From NCBI GenBank assembly GCA_002779205.1, contig PEXF01000124.1, positions 1-30,826 on the forward strand: a DNA stretch of 30,826 nucleotides, in the 5' to 3' direction. The stretch is from Candidatus Hydromicrobium americanum (GTDB lineage: Bacteria > Actinomycetota > Humimicrobiia > Humimicrobiales > Humimicrobiaceae). The position numbers were made by a program, and so were the translations under genes. Below are positions 19,327 through 30,826 of this stretch, one piece after another (the stretch's first letter is position 1; each line of letters begins with the position of its first letter). Below the pieces are notes generated by a model. That model was given only the letters and a program-made list of their open reading frames with translations. It searched no databases and was not told where the DNA came from.

Positions 19327-21417
19327 CTATACTGCAATTTTACTTCCTTTAAACCTTTCAATAATTTCGTCTGCAATTCTACCTGGTGTTGGTTCATATT
19401 TTTTAAACTGCATAGTAAAAGTGGCACGCCCCTGAGTTTTGGACCGCAAATCCGTAGCATATCCAAACATTTCAGCAAGCGGCACCTCTGCTTTTATAAT
19501 TCTATTCTTACTTCTCAGTAATACAGATAATATTTTTCCTCTCCTCGAATTAAGATCACCAATAACTTCTCCCATATACTTGTCCGGAGCAACCACTTCA
19601 ACATCCATTACTGGCTCAAGTAAAATAGGAAGACATTTTTTCATACCTTCTCTAAAAGCTTTTGACCCGGCAATCCTGAAAGCCATTTCTGAAGAATCTA
19701 CTTCATGATAGGATCCATCTAAAAGTATGGCTTTAACATCAACAACCGGATATCCGGCTACCTCGCCACTTTGCATAGCATCTACTATTCCCTTTTCAAT
19801 TGGCTTGATAAATTCTTTTGGTATAACTCCGCCTTTTGTTTTATCCTCAAATTCAAATCCCTTACCGTATTCATTTGGTTCAAAACGGACAACTACATGA
19901 CCGTACTGCCCCCTTCCACCACTTTGCCTGATATATTTTCCTTCTACTTGTGTTCCTTTAGTTATCGTTTCCCTGTAAGATACCTGCGGTTTACCTACAT
20001 TTGCACCTACACCAAACTCGCGAAGCAATCTATCTACTATAATTTCGAGATGGAGTTCACCCATACCTGAAATAATTGTCTGTCCGGTTTCACTATCGAT
20101 TTCCATTCTAAAAGTAGGATCTTCTTCTTCCAGCTTGGAAAGCGCAATGACTAATTTTTCCTGGTCGATTTTTGTTTTTGGTTCAATAGCAATTGATAAT
20201 ACCGGCTCAGGGAAACTAATAGATTCATATTTAATAGGCTTATTTGGGTCACATATAGTATCACCCGTATTTACATTCTTTAAGCCAACAACTGCTCCTA
20301 TATCTCCACTATAAGCCTCTTTTAATTCCTCTCTGCTATTGGCATGCATCTCCAACAGTTTGCTGACTCTGTTTTTATTACCACTATTTGCATTCAGTAC
20401 CTGCATTCCACTTTTCATGGTTCCAGAATAAATTCTTAAATAACTTAACTTTCCTACAAATGGATCAGTCGTTATCTTAAAAATCAGACCAGAAAAAGGT
20501 GCGTCATCATTAACTTCTCTTTCAATTTCTTTTCCATTATCCGGATTGATACCTTTAGGTGAAGATATATCACCTGGAGATGGGAGAAAATCCACCACTG
20601 CATCCAGTAATGGCTGCACACCTTTATTCTTAAAAGCAGCTCCGCAAAGGACAGGAACACCATTAACATTTATAGTTATTTCCCTGATAGCTTTCTTTAA
20701 TTCTCCTTCACTTATTTCAATATTTTCAACATATTTGTTTAAAATATCATCATTGTAATTAGCAATATTTTCAATGAGTTGCTGCCTATATTTTTCAGCA
20801 GTAGATTCAAGTTCTGAAGGTACATCCTCATACTCGAATTTAATTCCCATTTCATCTTTATATATAATTGCCCTCATACTGATAAGATCAATGATTCCTA
20901 AAAAGTCTTCTTCTTTACCTATAGGAATTTGTATGGGTAGTGGATTGGCACCAAGTCTTGTTTTAATCATATCCAAAACATAGAAGAAATCTGCTCCACT
21001 TCGATCCATCTTATTGACAAAAGCAATCCTGGGAACATTATATTTATCAGCCTGCCTCCATACAGTTTCAGACTGTGGTTCCACTCCTCCAACTGCGCAG
21101 AATATAATAATCATACCATCAAGTACTCTTAATGATCTTTCAACTTCAACAGTAAAATCAACATGTCCGGGAGTATCAATAATATTTATTTTATTATCCT
21201 TCCAGAAACAGGTTGTTGCAGCAGAAGTAATAGTAATTCCTCTTTCCTGCTCCTGTATCATCCAATCCATAACTGCTGCTCCATCGTGAACTTCTCCCAT
21301 TTTATAAGTCTTACCGGTATAATATAGAATACGTTCCGTTGTAGTTGTTTTACCTGCATCTATATGAGCAGTTATACCTATATCTCTTGTATTTTTTAAT
21401 GAAACCTGTCTGGTCAT
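19327..21417 (-). CDS. fusA: Elongation factor G
   Basis: [64 protein letters not shown]. Confidence 0.99.
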   Translation of the reverse strand: MTRQVSLKNTRDIGITAHIDAGKTTTTERILYYTGKTYKMGEVHDGAAVMDWMIQEQERGITITSAATTCFWKDNKINIIDTPGHVDFTVEVERSLRVLDGMIIIFCAVGGVEPQSETVWRQADKYNVPRIAFVNKMDRSGADFFYVLDMIKTRLGANPLPIQIPIGKEEDFLGIIDLISMRAIIYKDEMGIKFEYEDVPSELESTAEKYRQQLIENIANYNDDILNKYVENIEISEGELKKAIREITINVNGVPVLCGAAFKNKGVQPLLDAVVDFLPSPGDISSPKGINPDNGKEIEREVNDDAPFSGLIFKITTDPFVGKLSYLRIYSGTMKSGMQVLNANSGNKNRVSKLLEMHANSREELKEAYSGDIGAVVGLKNVNTGDTICDPNKPIKYESISFPEPVLSIAIEPKTKIDQEKLVIALSKLEEEDPTFRMEIDSETGQTIISGMGELHLEIIVDRLLREFGVGANVGKPQVSYRETITKGTQVEGKYIRQSGGRGQYGHVVVRFEPNEYGKGFEFEDKTKGGVIPKEFIKPIEKGIVDAMQSGEVAGYPVVDVKAILLDGSYHEVDSSEMAFRIAGSKAFREGMKKCLPILLEPVMDVEVVAPDKYMGEVIGDLNSRRGKILSVLLRSKNRIIKAEVPLAEMFGYATDLRSKTQGRATFTMQFKKYEPTPGRIADEIIERFKGSKIAV

Positions 21418-21432
21418 ATATAGTCACCTACA

Positions 21433-21903
21433 CTACCACCTATAGTGTGCAAAAGCCTTGTTGGCCTCAGCCATCTTATGTAAATCTTCTTTCTTTTTAA
21501 TACTGCTTCCAGTATTACTGGCACCATCTAAAATCTCGGCAGATAACCTTGCAGCCATAGTCTTTTCCTTCCTTCTGCTTGCAAAATCAACTACCCATCT
21601 AATAGCCAGCGTATTTGCTCTTTCCGCAGAGACTTCCACGGGCACCTGATAAGTAGCTCCACCAACTCTTCTCGGTTTTACCTCCAGCACAGGCCTTACA
21701 TTATCAAGACATTTATCCAGTATCTCTAATGGATTCTCTTTGGTTCTTTCTCCCAGAATTCTCAGACTCTTATATACTATATTCTCAGCAATGCTTTTTT
21801 TACCATCTGTCAGAACCTTATTAATCAGTTGAGATACAACCCTACTTTTATAAACAGGGTCTGTCTTCATTTTCCTTTTCGGAAGTTTTCCTTTTCTTGG
21901 CAT
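21433..21903 (-). CDS. rpsG: 30S ribosomal protein S7
   Basis: [37 protein letters not shown]. Confidence 0.99.
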   Translation of the reverse strand: MPRKGKLPKRKMKTDPVYKSRVVSQLINKVLTDGKKSIAENIVYKSLRILGERTKENPLEILDKCLDNVRPVLEVKPRRVGGATYQVPVEVSAERANTLAIRWVVDFASRRKEKTMAARLSAEILDGASNTGSSIKKKEDLHKMAEANKAFAHYRW

Positions 21904-21921
21904 CTATTAACTCCTCATAAA

Positions 21922-22293
21922 TTACTTTGGCTTCTTAGCTCCGTACCTCGAGCGTGAAGATTTTCTATCTTCAACTCCTGCAGTATCTAACGTGCCCCTA
22001 ACAATCTTATATCTCACCCCAGGTAGATCTTTTACCCTACCGCCTCTTACTAATACTATAGAGTGCTCCTGTAGATTATGACCAACTCCTGGTATATATG
22101 CTGTAACCTCAGCTCCATTTGTAAGCCTTACTCTAGCTACTTTTCGCAGCGCCGAATTTGGCTTCTTGGGAGTAGAAGTATATACTCTAATACATACACC
22201 TCTTCTTAAAGGATTTCCCTGCAGAGCAGGTGTTTTCTTTTTCTTTTTTAATCTTTTTCTTCCTTTTTTAACCAGTTGATTTATAGTAGGCAT
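21922..22293 (-). CDS. rpsL: 30S ribosomal protein S12
   Basis: [41 protein letters not shown]. Confidence 0.99.
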   Translation of the reverse strand: MPTINQLVKKGRKRLKKKKKTPALQGNPLRRGVCIRVYTSTPKKPNSALRKVARVRLTNGAEVTAYIPGVGHNLQEHSIVLVRGGRVKDLPGVRYKIVRGTLDTAGVEDRKSSRSRYGAKKPK

Positions 22294-22379
22294 AAATACC
22301 CTATCTTATAGCTCAATTTAACAATACTGCTACAACAAAAAACGATTAATGATAACCTTTTTTGAAGACACAAAAAAAG

Positions 22380-22408
22380 AGATTATCATCTAAAAATTAA
22401 AATGTCAA
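22380..22408 (-). promoter_or_regulatory. Putative SigA promoter of the str operon (rpsL)
   Basis: Perfect TTGACA (22408-22403), 17-bp spacer ending in TGA, TAATCT (22385-22380), in the 157-bp rpoC-rpsL gap. Confidence 0.75.
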
Positions 22409-22450
22409 TATAAAAAAATGGCTATTTTAAAGTATTTTTTTACTTATATT

Positions 22451-25400
22451 TTAGATATTGATTTCTATTTCTTTTACGTCATCTCCCTCTGATTCCTGAA
22501 GGATTTCTATCTCATCTTTATTGTCCTCCTTATAGCCGGGGTAATCTAATTGATAGTCCTTAAAGCTTCTCATACCCGTTCCTGCCGGTATAGCCTTACC
22601 TAATATTACATTCTCCTTTAGTCCAACTAAATTATCTATTTTATTCTCCAGAGCTGCATCTGTTAACACTCTGGTAGTTTCCTGAAATGATGCAGCTGAA
22701 AGAAAACTATCAGTCGCAAGTGAAGCCTTAGTTATACCCATTAAATTTTGAACAGCTGTTGCTGGTACCTTCATGTTAGAAATTAATTTGTTATTCTCTT
22801 TTTCATAATAGAGCCTGTCTACCAGTTGCCCCGGGAGAAAATTACTATCTCCGGGATCAATTATGGTAACTTTCTTCAGCATTTGTCTGGCAATTACTTC
22901 TATATGTTTATCATTTATATCCACACCCTGAGCTTTATATACGTTCTGTACCTCTTTTACTAAATATTGCTCGCATTCCTTAATTCCGTTAATTCTTAAA
23001 ATATCATGAGGGTTTCTTGGCCCTTCAGTTAATTGATCTCCGGCAGAAATCTTATCCCCATTTTTAACATTTAATTTTGCTCTAGTCGAGATCTGATAAA
23101 CCTTTTCCTGCTTGCCGTCCTTACTTTTTATAGTAAGCATTCTGAAGCGGGAATCTATGTCTTCGATTTCAACTTTTCCTGATATCTCTGCTATAAACGA
23201 ATGTTCTTTAGGCGTTCTGGCTTCGAATAATTCTACTACCCGGGGCAGACCGCTGGTAATATCAATACCTTCAAAAGTTTTTTCATGCTTGTGAACATGT
23301 GTTTTTCTCTTAGCAGTAAGAATTAGTTTGGCAAAAACCTCTCCAACCTCAACATTTACTTTTTTATTTATCTGGAGTATTTCACCTTTAGGAATAATTA
23401 CATCTACAATATCTCCTCTCTCCATCTGAACCTGGAAAATTAATTTATGTGGAATATGTTCTATATTTATCTCAATAACCTCGCTGGTATCCTTCTCAGT
23501 GAGGTCAGCTTTTTTAATATTCAGCTCAGATAACAATTCTTTTCTGAATATAAGCTTTCCTTTAACCGGCGATTTTATAGACCTCTGTATTACAGTACTT
23601 GCTACCCCACCTGTATGGAAAGTACGCATAGTCAGCTGGGTGCCTGGCTCCCCAATAGATTGGGCTGCTATAATCCCTACCGCTTCTCCAATTTCAACTA
23701 GTTTGCTAGCAGCAAGATCTCTTCCATAGCATTTCTGGCAAACTCCGGATTCTGCTTTGCAAGTCATAACTGAACGCACTTTTACACTCTCAATATTAGC
23801 ATGTATGAACTTCTGCAGGTGCTTTTCAGTAATTTCTTCATCACTTTTTATTATATTCTTTTTAGTATTAGGATTATTAATTTCTTCCAGACAGGTTCTT
23901 CCTGTTAAATTAGTATTAGGTTCTCCTTCAAGAGTTAAAACATAAAGATTTATACCTTCCTCGGTCTTGCAGTCATTAATTCTTACCATGGTATCCTGTG
24001 CAACATCAACAAGCCTTCTGGTAAGATATCCCGAATCTGCAGTTCGTAGTGCAGTATCTGCAAGTCCCTGTCTGGCACCATGGGTGGAAATAAAATATTC
24101 CAAAACCGTAAGTCCCTCTCTAAAGTTAGATTTGATAGGACTATCTATGATATCTCCCCTAGCATTTGCTACCAGTCCTCTCATACCTGCTAACTGACGG
24201 AGCTGTTTTATATTTCCTCTAGCACCGGATGTAGCCATCATATAAACCGGATTAAATTTGTTAAAATTCTTTTCCATAGCGCTGGCTACGCTTTCATTAG
24301 CCTGTGACCATGTTTGTATCAATCCCTGATGTCTTTCAAATTCTGTTATCAAGCCTTGCCTGTAATAATCTTCAATTCTTTCAATTTTTTTCTCCACACT
24401 GCTTAAAATTTTAGCTTTTTCGGGTGGTACATCTATATCATCTATTCCTATAGTAAGACCCGACCGGGTTGCATACTTAAATCCAGCCTGTTTGATTGCA
24501 TCCAGCATTTCCGTAACAACATTTTGAGGAAATCTGTTTATGCATTCAGCAATAATAGCAATAAGTTCTTTTTTAGATATTTCTTTATTAACAAATTTAT
24601 AACCCTCAGGCAGCGATTCGTTAAATATTATCCTTCCAACTGTTGTCCTGGTTACTTTCTCCTCAATTTTCACCTTAATAGGTATATGTAAAGATATAAA
24701 ACCATAATCATAATCTAAAATAGCATCCTGGGGATTATTATAAAATCTCTCCTTGCCTTCTGATTCTTCTCTTTCTGAAGTTAAATAATATATTCCCAGG
24801 ACCATATCTTGAGAGGGGGCAACAACTGGTTGACCGCTTGCAGGGGATAATATATTATTTACAGACAGCATCAAAATCATCGCTTCAGCTTTTGCTTCAT
24901 TTGATAATGGTACATGAACAGCCATCTGGTCACCGTCGAAATCTGCATTAAATGCAGGACAAACCATAGGATGAATCTGTATAGCCTTACCCTCTACCAG
25001 CACAGGCATAAACGCTTGTATACCAAGCCGGTGAAGTGTCGGTGCACGGTTAAGCAGGATAGGGTGATTTTTAATTACCTCTTCTAATATATCCCAGACT
25101 TCATTACTTTCTTTCTCTACCATAGTCTTGGCACTCTTTATATTCTGAGCAAATCCCTCATCAACTAATTTCTTCATAACAAAGGGCTTGAATAGTTCCA
25201 AAGCTATTTTCTTTGGAAGCCCACATTGTTCCAGTTTAAGATTAGGATTAACTACAATAACCGATCTTCCCGAATAATCCACCCTTTTACCTAAAAGGTT
25301 CTGTCTGAATCTACCCTGTTTGCCCTTAAGCATATCACTTAAAGACTTAAGTGGCCTGTTTCCAGCACCAACTACAGCCCGGCCTCTTCTTCCATTATCA

Positions 25401-26671
25401 AAAAGTGCATCAACGGCTTCCTGAAGCATCCTCTTTTCATTGTTAATAATTATTTCAGGGGCATCCAGTTCCAGTAGTTTCTTAAGCCTGTTATTTCTAT
25501 TAATAACTCTTCTGTACAGGTCATTCAAATCAGATGTGGCAAATCTTCCACCATCTAACTGAACCATCGGCCTCAAGTCCGGGGGAATTACGGGAAGTAT
25601 ATCCAGAATCATATATTCAGGCTTATTGTCCGAATCTATAAATGAAGATAATATTTTTAGTCTCTTTATACTCCTCATTCTTTTCTGGCCTTTGGACTTC
25701 TTCACAGTTTCCTTAAGGTCCTCGACCCCTTTTTTGCAATCAATATTTTTCAGTAGTTCTTTTATAGCTTCTGCCCCCATTCCACCTTTAAAATACTGTC
25801 CATAAATTTCTTTCATTTTCTTAAACAGGGCTTCGTCAGAGACCAGCATCTTTTCCTCTAAATTAAAGAAAAAAGTATCAGCTCTTTTTATCAGATCAAT
25901 TTCTTCCTGATATATTTCCTCCTCTTCTTCCAGGAGCATCTCTGTCTCTTTGATGACTTTCGCTTTCTTTACCTCTAAATCCAATTCAGGAATTTTTTCC
26001 TCTTTAACAATCTTATCATCTATATAATTTTCATCTTCTTTAAAATCTTCATCTACTTCCTTATTTGCTTCCCGAACTTCAATTAAACTTTTTTTATCAC
26101 CAATTTCATTATTTTCACTTATAAAATCGTCTTTATTTAATTTTAATTCTTCCAGTCTTAGCTTGTGCAATTCCTTTGCCCTGTCCAGAGCCCTCTGGTA
26201 CAACTTTTTAATTTCCTCTTCTTCAGCAGTTATTTTCTCTCTGTTGATACTGGTTATAATATAGGAATCAAAATAAAGAACTTTTTCTAAATCCTTGGGG
26301 CTGATATCCAGAACATATCCTATCCTGCTGGGAACTCCTTTGAAAAACCATATATGTGAAACCGGAGATGCAAACTCAATATGCCCCATTCTTTCCCTTC
26401 TTACATTAGATCTGGTTACTTCAACCCCACATCTCTCACAAATTATTCCCTTGAATCTCACCCTTTTATATTTCCCGCAGTAACATTCCCAGTCTTTGGT
26501 GGGGCCAAAAATTCTCTCACAGAACAGCCCATCTTTTTCCGGCTTTAATGTCCTATAATTTATAGTTTCAGGCTTTTTAACCTCACCATTGGACCATGAT
26601 TTAATTTTTTCTGGTGAAACAAGCCCAATTTTTAAAGCATCAAAATTATTTACATCTATACTTACGACCAT
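22451..26671 (-). CDS. rpoC: RNA polymerase beta' subunit
   Basis: Zn site CYCGK...[26 protein letters not shown], catalytic [12 protein letters not shown], bridge helix, SAASFQET. Contains two lineage-specific inserts (see findings). Confidence 0.99.
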   Translation of the reverse strand: MVVSIDVNNFDALKIGLVSPEKIKSWSNGEVKKPETINYRTLKPEKDGLFCERIFGPTKDWECYCGKYKRVRFKGIICERCGVEVTRSNVRRERMGHIEFASPVSHIWFFKGVPSRIGYVLDISPKDLEKVLYFDSYIITSINREKITAEEEEIKKLYQRALDRAKELHKLRLEELKLNKDDFISENNEIGDKKSLIEVREANKEVDEDFKEDENYIDDKIVKEEKIPELDLEVKKAKVIKETEMLLEEEEEIYQEEIDLIKRADTFFFNLEEKMLVSDEALFKKMKEIYGQYFKGGMGAEAIKELLKNIDCKKGVEDLKETVKKSKGQKRMRSIKRLKILSSFIDSDNKPEYMILDILPVIPPDLRPMVQLDGGRFATSDLNDLYRRVINRNNRLKKLLELDAPEIIINNEKRMLQEAVDALFDNGRRGRAVVGAGNRPLKSLSDMLKGKQGRFRQNLLGKRVDYSGRSVIVVNPNLKLEQCGLPKKIALELFKPFVMKKLVDEGFAQNIKSAKTMVEKESNEVWDILEEVIKNHPILLNRAPTLHRLGIQAFMPVLVEGKAIQIHPMVCPAFNADFDGDQMAVHVPLSNEAKAEAMILMLSVNNILSPASGQPVVAPSQDMVLGIYYLTSEREESEGKERFYNNPQDAILDYDYGFISLHIPIKVKIEEKVTRTTVGRIIFNESLPEGYKFVNKEISKKELIAIIAECINRFPQNVVTEMLDAIKQAGFKYATRSGLTIGIDDIDVPPEKAKILSSVEKKIERIEDYYRQGLITEFERHQGLIQTWSQANESVASAMEKNFNKFNPVYMMATSGARGNIKQLRQLAGMRGLVANARGDIIDSPIKSNFREGLTVLEYFISTHGARQGLADTALRTADSGYLTRRLVDVAQDTMVRINDCKTEEGINLYVLTLEGEPNTNLTGRTCLEEINNPNTKKNIIKSDEEITEKHLQKFIHANIESVKVRSVMTCKAESGVCQKCYGRDLAASKLVEIGEAVGIIAAQSIGEPGTQLTMRTFHTGGVASTVIQRSIKSPVKGKLIFRKELLSELNIKKADLTEKDTSEVIEINIEHIPHKLIFQVQMERGDIVDVIIPKGEILQINKKVNVEVGEVFAKLILTAKRKTHVHKHEKTFEGIDITSGLPRVVELFEARTPKEHSFIAEISGKVEIEDIDSRFRMLTIKSKDGKQEKVYQISTRAKLNVKNGDKISAGDQLTEGPRNPHDILRINGIKECEQYLVKEVQNVYKAQGVDINDKHIEVIARQMLKKVTIIDPGDSNFLPGQLVDRLYYEKENNKLISNMKVPATAVQNLMGITKASLATDSFLSAASFQETTRVLTDAALENKIDNLVGLKENVILGKAIPAGTGMRSFKDYQLDYPGYKEDNKDEIEILQESEGDDVKEIEINI

Positions 26672-26728
26672 TTACTAAATCCCTCCAAATTAATTAGATT
26701 AGTCTTAAGCAATACTAATCATTTTATT

Positions 26729-29700
26729 TTATTTTTTACTTCTTACCTTTTTCTTTTTGGACGCTTCAGTGTTACTTTCTTCTTTCTCGTCTTCTGATTT
26801 CTTTCTCTTTATTTTTCCATCCTTTTCTTTAGTTTCCTTCACTTTCCCGTCTTCCAGATCTTTCTCTTCCTTAAGATCAATCCCTAAATCCTCAACAGTT
26901 TTCATAATCTCATCTTCAGCTCTTGATACTTTTACTTCCTTCCCTTCTTCTGATAACACCTCCACATCAAGTGCCAGGCTCTGCATTTCTTTTATAAGCA
27001 CCTTAAATGATTCTGGAATTCCTGGCTTCTCTATATTTTCACCTTTTACGATTGCTTCATAGGTCTTTACACGTCCTGTTACATCATCTGACTTTATAGT
27101 AAGCATTTCCTGCAACGCATAGGCAGCACCATAAGCCTCCAATGCCCACACTTCCATTTCTCCAAATCTCTGACCACCAAATTGTGCCTTACCTCCTAGT
27201 GGTTGCTGGGTAACTAAAGAATATGGACCAGTAGATCTTGCATGAATCTTGTCATCTACCAGATGAAGCAATTTCATTACATATACATGACCTACAGTAA
27301 TATTATCAGATAGTTTCTCTCCGCTCCGGCCATCATACAAAGCAGTTTTTCCGCTCCCAGGGAGATTGGCCATCTTTAGCAGTTTTACTATATCCTCTTC
27401 TTTTACTCCCTCGAAAATAGGTGTTGAAACATAGACAGGACCGTCTCTACTAATATTCTCCTTTTTATTATTCCATCCTTTATAAGCTGCCCAGCCAAGA
27501 TGAGCTTCCAGTAACTGGCCTACATTCATTCTTGAAGGAACTCCCAGAGGATTAAATATTATATCTATTGGTTCACCATCTTCAGTATAAGGCATATCTT
27601 CTTCAGGAAGAATTACTGATATGACTCCTTTATTACCATGTCTCCCTGCAAGCTTATCACCAATGGAAATCTTTCTTTTTTCTGCAATGAATACTCTGAC
27701 AAGCTCGTTTACTCCTGGTGGAAGGTCGTGCCCCTTTTTTCTGGAAAATAGCTGTACATCTAAAACTTTCCCGCCTTCACCATGAGGCAATTTAAGGGAG
27801 CTCTCTCTGACTTCCCTTGCTTTTTCACCAAAAATTGCCCTCAACAATTTTTCTTCTGCCGTAAGCTCTGTTTCACCCTTTGGTGTTATCTTGCCAACCA
27901 GTATATCTCCTGGTTTTACCTCAGCTCCAATTCTTATAATTCCGTGTTCATCTAAATTTTTTAAAGCTTCTTCTCCTATACTTGGTATATCCCTTGTTAT
28001 CTCTTCCGCTCCAAGCTTTGTGGTTCTGGCTTCTACTTCCTGTTTTGAAATATGAATAGATGATAGAATATCTTCTTTTACCAACCTCTCCGAAATAATA
28101 ATTGCATCCTCATAGTTATATCCTTCCCAGGACATTAAGGCTACTCTTAAGTTCTTACCCAGCGCCAGTTCACCCGCACTGGTTGCAGGCCCGTCTGCAA
28201 TTACACTACCATTTTTAACTTTTTCACCTTCTTCTACGATGGGCTTTTGATTTATACAGGTTCCCTGGTTTGATCTTCTAAATTTATACAAACGATGAAT
28301 ATAGTTCTTTTCTTTCTTGTAATTTATCTTAATATGGTCTGCACATACTTCTTCAACTACGCCATCGTCTTTGGCAAGAACCAGTACTCCACTATCCCTT
28401 GCTACCTCTTCTTCCATTCCTGTACCTACCAGTGGAGGCTCAGGATCAATTAATGGTACTGCCTGACGTTGCATATTAGAACCCATTAATGCTCTATTGG
28501 CATCATCGTGCTCCAGAAATGGTATAAGAGATGCAGCAGCACTAAAAATTTGCCTTGGTGACACATCCATATAATCTACCATACCCGGTTCAACAGTGAC
28601 TATTTCATCACCTGAACGCGCTATGACTCTTTCTTCCAGAAATTTACCGTCTTTTCTGACTTTTGCAGTTGCCTCAGCAATTACATAATTTTCTTCATTA
28701 TCTGCAGATAAATACTCCACCTTATTGGTCAATTTACCATTAATAACTTTCCTGTAGGGTGTTTCTATAAATCCATACTCATTTAATCTTGCATAGGTAG
28801 CCAGAGAGCCAATCAGTCCAATATTAGGACCCTCTGGCGTTTCTATGGGACACATTCTCCCATAATGAGATGAGTGAACATCTCTCACTTCAAAACCAGC
28901 TCTCTCCCTGCTCAGTCCACCAGGACCAAGAGCACTTAGCCTTCTTTTATGAGTAATTTCAGCTAAAGGATTGGTTTGATCTAAAAACTGCGAAAGCTGC
29001 CCACTGCCAAAAAATTCTTTTAGACTGGCAACTAAGGGCCTAATATTAATTAAAGATTTTGGAGTTATTGTATCAACATCCTGGGTGGTCATTCTTTCCT
29101 TTACAACCCTTTCCATCCTTGAAAGACCAATCCTTACTTGATTTTGTATGAGCTCCCCAATATTTCTGATTCTTCTATTTCCAAAGTGGTCAATATCATC
29201 TATTTCACCTATACCACCCATAAGTTGAACCAGATATTTAACTATTAAGAATATGTCCTTACAATTCAGGATATGTTTCTCACTTGTATCTATACCCATT
29301 TTGGCATTAATGGTACCAAGCCTGTCTAAAATATTTTTATCAGTTTCCTCCATTAGCTTTTGATCTATTTTATATCTCCCTACTTTTCCAAAATCATATC
29401 TTTTTGGATTGAAAAATAAGGAGTTTATAAGATTTCTGGAACTTTCAACTGTTGGCGGCTCTCCAGGTCTTAATTTTTTATATATCTCAATTAATGCTTC
29501 TTCCTCAGTTTCAGTAAAATCTTTCTCCAGAGTATTTTTAATACAGCCTTTTTTATCATATGGCCCAAAAATGTTTAGCAGGTCTTCATTATTTCCAAAA
29601 CCTACAGATTTTAAGAAAATAGTAAGTAAAAACTTTCTTCTCCTATCAATTCTCACATAGGCAATGTTTCTTTTATCAGTTTCAATCTCAATCCATGAAC

Positions 29701-30187
29701 CTCTAGTAGGTATAACTTTACACATATATATGTCTATTTCAGTCTTCTTATCTATATCTGCATCGAAATATACTCCCGGAGAACGGACTAATTGAGATAC
29801 TACCACTCTCTCCGTTCCATTAATTATAAAAGTTCCCTTTTCAGTCATCATAGGAAAATCCCCCATAAAGACTTCTTGCTCTTTTATTTCACCAGTTTCT
29901 TTATTTATAAACCTTGACAGAACTTTTAAAGGAGCAGTATAAGACATATCCTGCATTTTACACTCGTCTGGAGTTGAATTCTCATCATCAAAATTATAGT
30001 TTAAAAACCCAAGTGACATATTGCCTGTAAAATCTTCAATGGGTGAAATATCCTTTAGAGCTTCCATGAGTCCTTCTTCCAGGAACCATTGGAAAGACTT
30101 CCTCTGTATATCCAGAAGGTGAGGCATATCCATTAATTGTGGGATTCTGCCAAAATTATACCTCTGGATTTTTTTGATTTTTTGCAT
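26729..30187 (-). CDS. rpoB: RNA polymerase beta subunit
   Basis: [68 protein letters not shown]. Confidence 0.99.
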   Translation of the reverse strand: MQKIKKIQRYNFGRIPQLMDMPHLLDIQRKSFQWFLEEGLMEALKDISPIEDFTGNMSLGFLNYNFDDENSTPDECKMQDMSYTAPLKVLSRFINKETGEIKEQEVFMGDFPMMTEKGTFIINGTERVVVSQLVRSPGVYFDADIDKKTEIDIYMCKVIPTRGSWIEIETDKRNIAYVRIDRRRKFLLTIFLKSVGFGNNEDLLNIFGPYDKKGCIKNTLEKDFTETEEEALIEIYKKLRPGEPPTVESSRNLINSLFFNPKRYDFGKVGRYKIDQKLMEETDKNILDRLGTINAKMGIDTSEKHILNCKDIFLIVKYLVQLMGGIGEIDDIDHFGNRRIRNIGELIQNQVRIGLSRMERVVKERMTTQDVDTITPKSLINIRPLVASLKEFFGSGQLSQFLDQTNPLAEITHKRRLSALGPGGLSRERAGFEVRDVHSSHYGRMCPIETPEGPNIGLIGSLATYARLNEYGFIETPYRKVINGKLTNKVEYLSADNEENYVIAEATAKVRKDGKFLEERVIARSGDEIVTVEPGMVDYMDVSPRQIFSAAASLIPFLEHDDANRALMGSNMQRQAVPLIDPEPPLVGTGMEEEVARDSGVLVLAKDDGVVEEVCADHIKINYKKEKNYIHRLYKFRRSNQGTCINQKPIVEEGEKVKNGSVIADGPATSAGELALGKNLRVALMSWEGYNYEDAIIISERLVKEDILSSIHISKQEVEARTTKLGAEEITRDIPSIGEEALKNLDEHGIIRIGAEVKPGDILVGKITPKGETELTAEEKLLRAIFGEKAREVRESSLKLPHGEGGKVLDVQLFSRKKGHDLPPGVNELVRVFIAEKRKISIGDKLAGRHGNKGVISVILPEEDMPYTEDGEPIDIIFNPLGVPSRMNVGQLLEAHLGWAAYKGWNNKKENISRDGPVYVSTPIFEGVKEEDIVKLLKMANLPGSGKTALYDGRSGEKLSDNITVGHVYVMKLLHLVDDKIHARSTGPYSLVTQQPLGGKAQFGGQRFGEMEVWALEAYGAAYALQEMLTIKSDDVTGRVKTYEAIVKGENIEKPGIPESFKVLIKEMQSLALDVEVLSEEGKEVKVSRAEDEIMKTVEDLGIDLKEEKDLEDGKVKETKEKDGKIKRKKSEDEKEESNTEASKKKKVRSKK

Positions 30188-30335
30188 TAATTTATTCTCC
30201 TCTTTATTATATTCTAAGTTTAATAAAGCAGTAAAAAAGGGTTACGACAAAATAAATATAAAAACCTATGCATTGGATAAAAAACTATATAAAATAGCAT
30301 TGGTAAATTTTTCCAGGAAAAACTCGCAAACTATT

Positions 30336-30363
30336 AGTCTATCAAATATAAAATAATAGTCAA
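30336..30363 (-). promoter_or_regulatory. Putative SigA promoter upstream of rpoB
   Basis: TTGACT (30363-30358), 16-bp spacer ending in TGA, TAGACT (30341-30336), about 150 bp before the rpoB ATG. Confidence 0.6.
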
Positions 30364-30375
30364 CTATTACTTTTA

Positions 30376-30436
30376 AAATGGCCCCTTTATATTAAGTTGT
30401 GTTAGTTAACAACTATTTTAAAATAGGGGCCTATTT
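30376..30436 (-). terminator. Terminator/attenuator-like hairpin downstream of rplL
   Basis: Outer arms GGCCCCT/AGGGGCC (30425-30431 with 30380-30386), inner arms AGTTGT/ACAACT, followed on the minus strand by ATTTT. The U-tract is short. Confidence 0.45.
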
Positions 30437-30539
30437 ATTTCTATTTATTTATCACGGAATAATAGATGCTTTCTTTAAATGGTGTAATAGTTCAGTGACA
30501 TTGTCACTTTTAAATATCCGAAATTAATATGGTTTTATA

Positions 30540-30826
30540 CTACTTTATTTCAACCTCAGCACCAGCTTCTTCCAGCTGTTTCTTTATTTTTTCTGCTTCT
30601 TCTTTTGAAACTTTTTCTTTAACCATATTTGGTGCTTTATCAACTAATTCTTTAGCCTCTTTTAAACCAAGACTGGTTATAGACCTGACTACTTTAATAA
30701 CCTGTATTTTTTTAGCTCCAGCTGATTTTAATTGAATATCAAATTCTGTTTTTTCCTCAGCAGGGGCTACTCCCTGAGCTGAAGCTGCTCCACCGGGTAC
30801 AGAAGCTGCAACTGCCATCACTTGCG
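30540..30826 (-). CDS. rplL: 50S ribosomal protein L7/L12 (5' end outside window)
   Basis: [47 protein letters not shown]. The frame is open to the window edge. Confidence 0.98.
   Translation of the reverse strand, partial: QVMAVAASVPGGAASAQGVAPAEEKTEFDIQLKSAGAKKIQVIKVVRSITSLGLKEAKELVDKAPNMVKEKVSKEEAEKIKKQLEEAGAEVEIK

Noticed and set aside
21922-22293. Streptomycin-resistance alleles in rpsL
   Set aside because: PKKPNS and RVKDLP are wild type.
23264-23599. RpoC insertion as a mini-intein
   Set aside because: It starts with Ser but lacks the terminal His-Asn/Gln and a Cys/Ser/Thr +1 residue. Its position and pattern match SI3-type inserts.
26729-26880. Lys/Glu-rich C-terminal tail of RpoB
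   Set aside because: Low-complexity charged tails after the LGI(D/N)L motif are variable and common, and there is no evidence of a distinct function.
28940-29015. Possible rifampicin-resistance changes in RpoB (FLDQ instead of FMDQ, GSGQ)
   Set aside because: The key residues equivalent to E. coli Q513, D516, H526, R529, S531 and L533 are all wild type, so the differences look like natural variation.
597-29660. Plus-strand ORFs in the track (e.g. 3834-4268, 15817-16347, 17264-17752, 7202-7585)
   Set aside because: All lie antisense to well-conserved genes, are hydrophobic or Ser/Leu/Phe-rich shadows of the real codon usage, and show no recognisable motifs.
1-30826. CRISPR arrays, tRNA/rRNA genes, transposases, integrases
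   Set aside because: There are no regularly spaced repeats, cloverleaf or rRNA-like segments, or mobile-element ORFs, and intergenic space is too small to hide them.

Overview
This window is almost entirely a minus-strand housekeeping supercluster: rplL (partial)-rpoB-rpoC-rpsL-rpsG-fusA-tuf, then the S10, spc and alpha operons (with secY, adk, map, infA, rpmJ), truA-rplM-rpsI, an ornithine/alanine-racemase-family gene and a broken 5' fragment of glmM at the left edge. The DNA is visibly AT-rich, but the proteins carry actinobacterial signatures: a long acidic coiled-coil insert near the RpoC N-terminus, an L17 start 'xxPKKGRRLGGSS', IF-1 'KKEG.IE.EG', and no L7ae gene before rpsL. A low-GC deep-branching Actinomycetota lineage such as Humimicrobiia is a reasonable inference but is not proven. 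I see no mobile element genes, CRISPR arrays, tRNA or rRNA, and no new multi-gene system. The interesting signals are deviations inside the core machinery: a 112-aa insertion in the RpoC trigger loop, infA starting at ATT, glmM breaking off after about 29 codons, loss of rpmD with a shortened S5, a 175-nt structured spacer between rpsH and rplF, and a four-cysteine insert in EF-Tu. infA and rpmJ are missing from the supplied ORF track and were read by hand. Several start codons were corrected using Shine-Dalgarno position.
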